A program made the translations under genes and the position numbers. This document shows positions 26,568 to 32,000 of a stretch of 32,000 nt of DNA, in pieces (within the stretch, counting starts at the first letter, position 1; each line of letters opens with the position of its first letter). Source of the DNA: an uncultured archaeon (GTDB lineage: Archaea; Iainarchaeota; Iainarchaeia; Iainarchaeales; JAAZKV01); assembly GCA_964551375.1 (NCBI GenBank), contig CAZKBG010000001.1:90001-122000 (forward strand), written 5' to 3'. The notes beneath the pieces are model-generated. The model saw only the letters and a program-made list of their open reading frames with translations. It was not told the origin of the DNA and made no database searches.

Positions 26568-27460
26568 ATTTAGCACCAATAGCATTGTTTGTCTATAAAC
26601 GACCTGACCATTCCAAAAGAACTCTTTCTGCGCTCAAAAATAATTTGCTTGCTAAGCAGACTGATTTGTTTATATTTTCAGACGCCCCAAAGAAAGATTC
26701 TGATATTGCTGCAGTTAATAAAGTTAGAAAGTTGATAAAAAGCGTCAAAGGTTTTAAATCAGTCAAGGTTATTAAAAGAAAACAAAATCTTGGGCTTGCA
26801 AATTCGATAATTGACGGAGTAACCTATTTGACAAATAAATATGGTAGAGTTATAGTCGTTGAAGACGATTTGTTAACCTCAAAATATTTTTTAAATTTTA
26901 TGAATGACTCGCTTGATTTGTATTCTGATGATAAAAAGGTTGCAAGTATTCATGCGTATGTTTTTCCAATAGATTCGACTCTCCCAGATACATTTTTCAT
27001 AAGAGGGGCTGATTGCTGGGGGTGGGCTACATGGAAAAGAGCATGGAAATTATTTGAGCCAAATGGACCAAAGCTCCTTTCTGAATTGAAAAAAAGGAAT
27101 TTGATTAATAGATTTGATTATGGGGGGTATGCTAATTTTAGCGAGATGCTTAAAAATCAAATTGACGGCAAGAATGATTCTTGGGCAATTAGGTGGCACG
27201 CGGCAATATTTTTAAGAGAAATGCTTACTTTATACCCTGGAAAATCGCTTGTATTTAATATTGGAAATGATGCGTCAGGGACTCATACTGATGATACAAG
27301 CGAGTTTGATGTTTTGTTGAATAATGCGCCAGTTGAGGTTAAGAAAATCGAATCAATTGAAAGTAAATTTGCTTATTTGGAATTTAAAAAATTCTTTAAA
27401 AAAAGAGTGAAAAACCCATTACATTTTTTAAAAATATTTATTGGAAGGTTAATAGGTTGA
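26564..27460 (+). CDS. Glycosyltransferase (GT2-like)
   Basis: APIALFVYKRPDHSKRTLSALKNN...RKQNLGLANSIIDGVTYLTNKYGRVIVVEDDLLTS. TTG start overlaps the upstream stop codon. Confidence 0.85.
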   Translation: MNLAPIALFVYKRPDHSKRTLSALKNNLLAKQTDLFIFSDAPKKDSDIAAVNKVRKLIKSVKGFKSVKVIKRKQNLGLANSIIDGVTYLTNKYGRVIVVEDDLLTSKYFLNFMNDSLDLYSDDKKVASIHAYVFPIDSTLPDTFFIRGADCWGWATWKRAWKLFEPNGPKLLSELKKRNLINRFDYGGYANFSEMLKNQIDGKNDSWAIRWHAAIFLREMLTLYPGKSLVFNIGNDASGTHTDDTSEFDVLLNNAPVEVKKIESIESKFAYLEFKKFFKKRVKNPLHFLKIFIGRLIG

Positions 27461-27464
27461 TATT

Positions 27465-28265
27465 ATGTCAAAGATTAAATCTATTGCAAGAAAAGTTATT
27501 CCTCCAGTTATAATTGAATATTTAAAATCAAAGAATGCGAGTTATGGATTTTTTGGGCGTTACTCTAAATGGGCTGATGCTGAAAAAATAAGTACTGGGT
27601 ACGACTCAGAAGAAATATTCAAAAAAGTAAGAGCTTCGGCATTGAAGGTAAAAAATGGTGAAGCTGCATTCGAAAGAGATTCAATAGCTTTTAAAGAGAT
27701 TAAATATTCCTGGCCGGTTCTTTCAGCTTTAATGATTGTTTCAGCGAGAAATAAAGGGAAGTTCTCAGTTCTTGATTTTGGCGGGTCGCTTGGCAGCATG
27801 TATTATCAAAACAAGAAAATTGCTGCCCAAACAGGGCTTGAAAAATGGGTAGTAGTTGAACAAGGAAAATTTGTTGAAATTGGAAAAAAAGAATTTGAGG
27901 ATAATACGCTTAAATTTGCATATAATTTAAAAGAGGCTAAGAAACTATCTAAACCAGATATCTTAATTTTGGGAGGAGTTCTTCAGTATCTAAAATCACC
28001 TTATTCATTTCTGGATGAATTTATCGCATCAAATATTAAGTTTATATTAGTGGATAGAACCACATTTGTTTCAAATGATGAGTTTATTGCGATTCAAAAA
28101 GTATCTTCTGAAATTTATCCTGCGGAATATCCTGCATGGTTTTTTAATGAACAAAAATTCCTAAAAAAAATGTTGCAAAAGTACAAACTTGTTTATTCAT
28201 TTGACTGTGAAGATTCAATTAATATTGATGCTAAATTTAAGGGTTTTTTATTTGAAAGACGCTGA
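27465..28265 (+). CDS. TIGR04325-like putative methyltransferase
   Basis: ADAEKISTGYDSEEIFKKV...FSVLDFGGSLGSMYYQNKKI...VVVEQGKFVEIG...ILILGGVLQYLKSPYSFLDEF. Confidence 0.75.
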   Translation: MSKIKSIARKVIPPVIIEYLKSKNASYGFFGRYSKWADAEKISTGYDSEEIFKKVRASALKVKNGEAAFERDSIAFKEIKYSWPVLSALMIVSARNKGKFSVLDFGGSLGSMYYQNKKIAAQTGLEKWVVVEQGKFVEIGKKEFEDNTLKFAYNLKEAKKLSKPDILILGGVLQYLKSPYSFLDEFIASNIKFILVDRTTFVSNDEFIAIQKVSSEIYPAEYPAWFFNEQKFLKKMLQKYKLVYSFDCEDSINIDAKFKGFLFERR

Positions 28266-28293
28266 TAATAATGATAATGATTATGGTGGATTG

Positions 28294-29313
28294 ATGGAAA
28301 ATTATTGCACATTATTTGACTCAAACTATCTGGCCAGAGGAATTGTAATGTATGCATCTCTTGCGTCTGTTGCAAAGGATTTTCATTTGTATATTTTTGC
28401 CTTTGATGATATAAGTCTTGAAGCGCTTAGAAAAATGAATCTTGACAAAGTAACAGTTGTTTCGCTTGCAGAGCTTGAAAATGAAAGGCTTCTGGAGGCA
28501 AAGAAGAACAGGGGCAGGGGAGAATACTGCTGGACTTGTAGTTCTTCAACAATAAAATATGTTATTGAGAAATACAATGTGGATAATTGCACTTATATTG
28601 ATGCCGACATGGTGTTCTATTCAGATCCAAAAGTTTTGATTGACGAAATGGGCGATGCATCAGTTTTGATTCCTCCGCACAGATACTCAAAGAGATATCT
28701 AAAGTCAATTGTGAGCGGTAAGTACTGCGTTGAATTTGTGACTTTTAAAAATACTCCTGCTGGAATAAAAGTGCTGAATTGGTGGGTTGATAGGTGTATT
28801 GAATGGTGCTATAACCGGCTTGAAGAAGGAAGATTTGGTGACCAAAAATATCTTGATGAGTTTGAAAAGTTTGAAGGAGTTCATGTTCTTGAAAATCTTG
28901 GCGGGGGAGTAGCTCCTTGGAATATTCAACAGTATGTTCCAAGCATTAAGGAAGGAAAAGTCTTTGGAAAGGAAATTTCTTCAGGAAAAGAATTTTTGTT
29001 TGTATTTTATCACTTCCACGGGCTAAAATTTATGGAAAATGACAAAGTTGATTTGAGCTACTATCATCTTACAAAGAATGTTGTTAATCTTGTTTACAAG
29101 CCTTATGTGAAGGCGCTTGTGGAAATGGAGCAAAAATTAGTCCAAAATGGGCTTGCAAAAACTCCTAATGGTGTACCAAAAAGCCTTAATAAAAGGGAAA
29201 AAATAGTCATGTATACCACAAGAGGGTTAAATGGAAACATGAATGTGTATAGTGTAAAAAAAATGGTCGGGGATGATATTGGCAGAGATAATAAAACTAA
29301 AAACGTTCGCTGA
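28294..29313 (+). CDS. Putative glycosyltransferase (nucleotide-diphospho-sugar transferase-like)
   Basis: NYCTLFDSNYLARGIVMYASLASVAKDFHLYIFAFDD...DNCTYIDADMVFYSDP (DxD). ORF opens at 28189, but ATG 28294 has GGTGG upstream and avoids overlap. Confidence 0.8.
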   Translation: MENYCTLFDSNYLARGIVMYASLASVAKDFHLYIFAFDDISLEALRKMNLDKVTVVSLAELENERLLEAKKNRGRGEYCWTCSSSTIKYVIEKYNVDNCTYIDADMVFYSDPKVLIDEMGDASVLIPPHRYSKRYLKSIVSGKYCVEFVTFKNTPAGIKVLNWWVDRCIEWCYNRLEEGRFGDQKYLDEFEKFEGVHVLENLGGGVAPWNIQQYVPSIKEGKVFGKEISSGKEFLFVFYHFHGLKFMENDKVDLSYYHLTKNVVNLVYKPYVKALVEMEQKLVQNGLAKTPNGVPKSLNKREKIVMYTTRGLNGNMNVYSVKKMVGDDIGRDNKTKNVR

Positions 29314-29641
29314 TGAACGAGGCGCTCTAACAGTAATAGATAAAGTTCTTCCTTTTGAAATAAAGAGAGTATACTATATTTACGATACCAAAGCAAGCCG
29401 AGGCGGACACAAGCACAAAAAAAATAGGCAGGCGCTGATTTCAGTTGCAGGCTCATGCCAGATAAATGTAAGAACCGAAAATGGAATGAAATCATATGTT
29501 CTTGATTCTCCAGAAAAATGTCTGATTATTGAACCAGGGGACTGGCACACAATGGATAATTTTGCAAAAGGCACCGTGCTATTAGTTCTTGCTTCCGAGC
29601 ACTTTGATAAGGATGACTACATTTGCGAGGAAAAAAAATGA
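29273..29641 (+). CDS. FdtA/QdtA-like dTDP-4-keto-6-deoxyhexose 3,4-ketoisomerase (cupin)
   Basis: [12 protein letters not shown]...[36 protein letters not shown]...[25 protein letters not shown]. Confidence 0.88.
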   Translation: MILAEIIKLKTFADERGALTVIDKVLPFEIKRVYYIYDTKASRGGHKHKKNRQALISVAGSCQINVRTENGMKSYVLDSPEKCLIIEPGDWHTMDNFAKGTVLLVLASEHFDKDDYICEEKK

Positions 29642-30732
29642 TTGAGTACGAAAACCTCGGAAAGGCAAATGCTCCATTTTTTGCAGAATACAGCAGGGAA
29701 TTTGACAAGTTTTTGAACAGCGGATGGTATGTGCTTGGAAACTCTGTAAAGGAATTCGAGTCGGAATTTGCAAAATACAACGGCGCAAAACATTGCATTG
29801 GAGTGGCATCAGGGCTTGATGCGTTGACAATATCGTTAAAGGCTTTGGGAATTAAAGAAGGAAGCGAGGTAATAGTTCCGTCAAACACTTATATTGCGAC
29901 AATTCTTTCGATAGTAAACGCAGGACTGAAGCCTGTTTTAGTGGAGCCTGATATTAAAACTTACAACATTGATTCAAAGCTGATACAAAAAGCTGTGACA
30001 AAAAAGACAAGCGCAATAATGCCTGTTCATTTATACGGAAAAGCATGCGAAATGGATTCAATAATGGAAATAGCAGAAAAAAATGATTTAAAAGTTGTTG
30101 AAGACTGCGCTCAGGCTCATGGCGCAAAGCAAAAGGGAAAAAAAGTTGGAACATTTGGCGAGTTTGGGGCGTTTAGTTTTTATCCTACAAAAAACCTTGG
30201 CGCTCTTGGGGATGCCGGAGCGATAATAACAAATGATGACGCTCTTGCTGAAACTGCAAGAAAGATTAGAAATTACGGCTCGACGGTCAGATATCATAAC
30301 GAAGTAATAGGAATGAATTCAAGGCTTGATGAAATACAAGCCGCTTTTCTTAGGGTAAAACTTAGAAAGCTTGACGATATAAATTCGCACAAGCGCGAAC
30401 TTGCAAGCACTTACTTAAAAGGGCTTTCAAAAAAGTTCATACTGCCTTTTGTAAACTCGGACTATTTCGATGTTTATCATATATTTAATATAAGGCACAA
30501 AAAAAGAGACGCTTTGAAGGAACACATGTTAAAAGAGGGAGTAAAAACTGATGTTCATTATCCAATCCCCCCTACAAAGCAAAATGCGATGAAAGGAATT
30601 TTGGATAAATATAACTGCCCTTTATCCGATGAGATTCATGCAACCACATTAAGCCTGCCTATTTCATATTATCATACAAAAGATGACATAAAAAAAGTAA
30701 TAGATGCTGCAAATAGTTTCAAAGGTGATTAA
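29638..30732 (+). CDS. DegT/DnrJ/EryC1/StrS family PLP-dependent sugar aminotransferase (FdtB/QdtB-like)
   Basis: [22 protein letters not shown]...[11 protein letters not shown]...[23 protein letters not shown] (PLP Lys); ATG overlaps the upstream TGA. Confidence 0.93.
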   Translation: MIEYENLGKANAPFFAEYSREFDKFLNSGWYVLGNSVKEFESEFAKYNGAKHCIGVASGLDALTISLKALGIKEGSEVIVPSNTYIATILSIVNAGLKPVLVEPDIKTYNIDSKLIQKAVTKKTSAIMPVHLYGKACEMDSIMEIAEKNDLKVVEDCAQAHGAKQKGKKVGTFGEFGAFSFYPTKNLGALGDAGAIITNDDALAETARKIRNYGSTVRYHNEVIGMNSRLDEIQAAFLRVKLRKLDDINSHKRELASTYLKGLSKKFILPFVNSDYFDVYHIFNIRHKKRDALKEHMLKEGVKTDVHYPIPPTKQNAMKGILDKYNCPLSDEIHATTLSLPISYYHTKDDIKKVIDAANSFKGD

Positions 30733-30733
30733 A

Positions 30734-31600
30734 ATGAAGGGAATAATTCTTGCAGGGGGAAGCGGAACAAGGCTTTATCCGCTTACAACAGTTTGCTCAA
30801 AACAGCTTTTGCCTATTTATGACAAGCCCATGATATATTATCCGCTTTCAGTTTTGATGCTTGCTGGAATTAAAGAAGTTTTAATAATTTCAACTCCAAT
30901 GGATACTCCAAATTTTGAAAAACTCCTTGGGGACGGTTCTCAATTAGGAATGAAAATAACTTATGAGGTTCAAAAAGAGCCAAAAGGAATTCCGCAGGCA
31001 TTTACAATTGGAGAAAAATTTATTGGAAATGACTCTGTATGCTTAATATTAGGAGACAATTTGTTTTGCGGGGAAGGATTTGTAAGCATGCTGAAAAAAG
31101 CCATGACAATTAATACTGGGGCATATATTTTTGGATATTTTGTTTCAGACCCTCAAAGATTTGGAATAGTTGAGTTTGACAAGGACCACAATGTTTTAAG
31201 CGTTGAGGAAAAACCAAAGAATCCTAAATCAAATTATGCAATAACAGGACTATATTTTTATGATAATTCAGTAGTGAAAATAGCAAAAAATCTAAAACCT
31301 TCGGCAAGAGGGGAAACTGAAATTACTGATATTAATAAAGAATATTTAAAGCAAGGAAAATTAAAAGTGGAGCTTCTTGGAAGAGGGTTTGCATGGCTTG
31401 ACACAGGGACTCCAAAATCTCTTAATGAAGCCGCAAACTATATTGAAATAATTGAAACAAGACAGGGGCTGAAAATTGCCTGCCTTGAGGAAATAGCATA
31501 TCTTTCAGGATTTATTACAAAACAACAGCTGCTTAACATTGCTGATAAAATGAAAAACAGCGAATATGGGAAATATTTGTTTAGAGTAGCAGGGGATTGA
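30734..31600 (+). CDS. rmlA: Glucose-1-phosphate thymidylyltransferase
   Basis: [48 protein letters not shown]...[11 protein letters not shown] opens at 30704 but ATG 30734 is the family start. Confidence 0.95.
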   Translation: MKGIILAGGSGTRLYPLTTVCSKQLLPIYDKPMIYYPLSVLMLAGIKEVLIISTPMDTPNFEKLLGDGSQLGMKITYEVQKEPKGIPQAFTIGEKFIGNDSVCLILGDNLFCGEGFVSMLKKAMTINTGAYIFGYFVSDPQRFGIVEFDKDHNVLSVEEKPKNPKSNYAITGLYFYDNSVVKIAKNLKPSARGETEITDINKEYLKQGKLKVELLGRGFAWLDTGTPKSLNEAANYIEIIETRQGLKIACLEEIAYLSGFITKQQLLNIADKMKNSEYGKYLFRVAGD

Positions 31601-31605
31601 TTTTA

Positions 31606-32000
31606 ATGAAGCTATTTGTCACAGGCGGATTAGGGTTTATTGGGAGCAATTTCATTAGAAAGGTTCTTTTAGAAACAAATCATGAAGTCATAAATTTTGA
31701 TAAAGTCACTTATGCGGCAAATCCAGCTAATTTAAAAGATTTTTATGGAAATAAAAGGTATAGTTTTGTTAAAGGGGATATCTGCAATAAAGCTGATGTA
31801 AAATCAGCTCTAAAAGATGTTGATATTATTCTAAACTTTGCCGCTGAAAGCCATGTAGATAGAAGCCTTGAAGATTTTTCTCCATTTATTGAAACAAACA
31901 TAAAAGGAACCACTAATCTTTTGACTTTGGCGCTTGAATCAAAAGCAAAGTTATTTGTTCAGATTTCAACAGATGAGGTTTACGGGCAGATAATGTCCGG
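31606..32000 (+). CDS. rmlB: dTDP-glucose 4,6-dehydratase, 3' end truncated by window edge
   Basis: My translation: MKLFVTGGLGFIGSNFIRKVLLETNHEVINFDKVTYAANPANLKDF...LNFAAESHVDRSLEDFSPFIETNIKGT...FVQISTDEVYGQI. Not in the supplied ORF track because it runs off the window. Confidence 0.93.
   Translation, partial: MKLFVTGGLGFIGSNFIRKVLLETNHEVINFDKVTYAANPANLKDFYGNKRYSFVKGDICNKADVKSALKDVDIILNFAAESHVDRSLEDFSPFIETNIKGTTNLLTLALESKAKLFVQISTDEVYGQIMS

Noticed and set aside
28189-28293. N-terminal extension of the glycosyltransferase gene (MFIHLTVKIQLILMLNLRVFYLKDADNNDNDYGG)
   Set aside because: Overlaps the upstream coding sequence in another frame and crosses the stop-codon repeat; ATG at 28294 has a good GGTGG site and matches where conserved GT sequence begins.
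1-32000. CRISPR array, Cas genes, restriction-modification, retron or other defence island
   Set aside because: No regularly spaced direct repeats and no matching protein motifs found on reading; hicBA is the only toxin-antitoxin locus and it is a known type.

Overview
This 32 kb AT-rich window reads as archaeal chromosome, possibly DPANN-like (inference). The archaeal character rests on TruD, Ogg2-type glycosylase, a geranylgeranyl-reductase-family protein, FlaI/TadA and FlaJ/TadC-type pilus parts, a PAC2-family protein, TTTATA-type promoter boxes and GGTG-type ribosome sites. From left to right it contains: (1) the 3' part of a giant tail-anchored surface protein gene; (2) a minus-strand TadA-like ATPase, two TadB/TadC-like membrane proteins and a PAC2-family protein; (3) a candidate roughly 100-nt structured ncRNA at about 8153-8256; (4) housekeeping genes (DUF192, methyltransferase, Ogg2, cis-prenyltransferase, GGR-like reductase, truD); (5) tRNA-Gln(CTG) with a partial 5' duplicate about 94 bp upstream; (6) a 926-aa FN3/Ig-like tail-anchored surface protein; (7) a hicBA-type toxin-antitoxin pair; (8) a large surface-glycan region of about 14.5 kb with two divergent arms. 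The minus arm has GT39, GT2, GtrA and Ugd. The plus arm has flippase, several glycosyltransferases, two FkbM methyltransferases, a TIGR04325-like methyltransferase, FdtA/QdtA-like isomerase, DegT aminotransferase, RmlA and the start of RmlB. I see no CRISPR array, transposase or prophage. The best candidates for something undescribed are the ncRNA and the tRNA-derived duplicate with its hairpins. The giant surface proteins and the glycan pathway are weaker candidates. No complete new system is proven by sequence alone.
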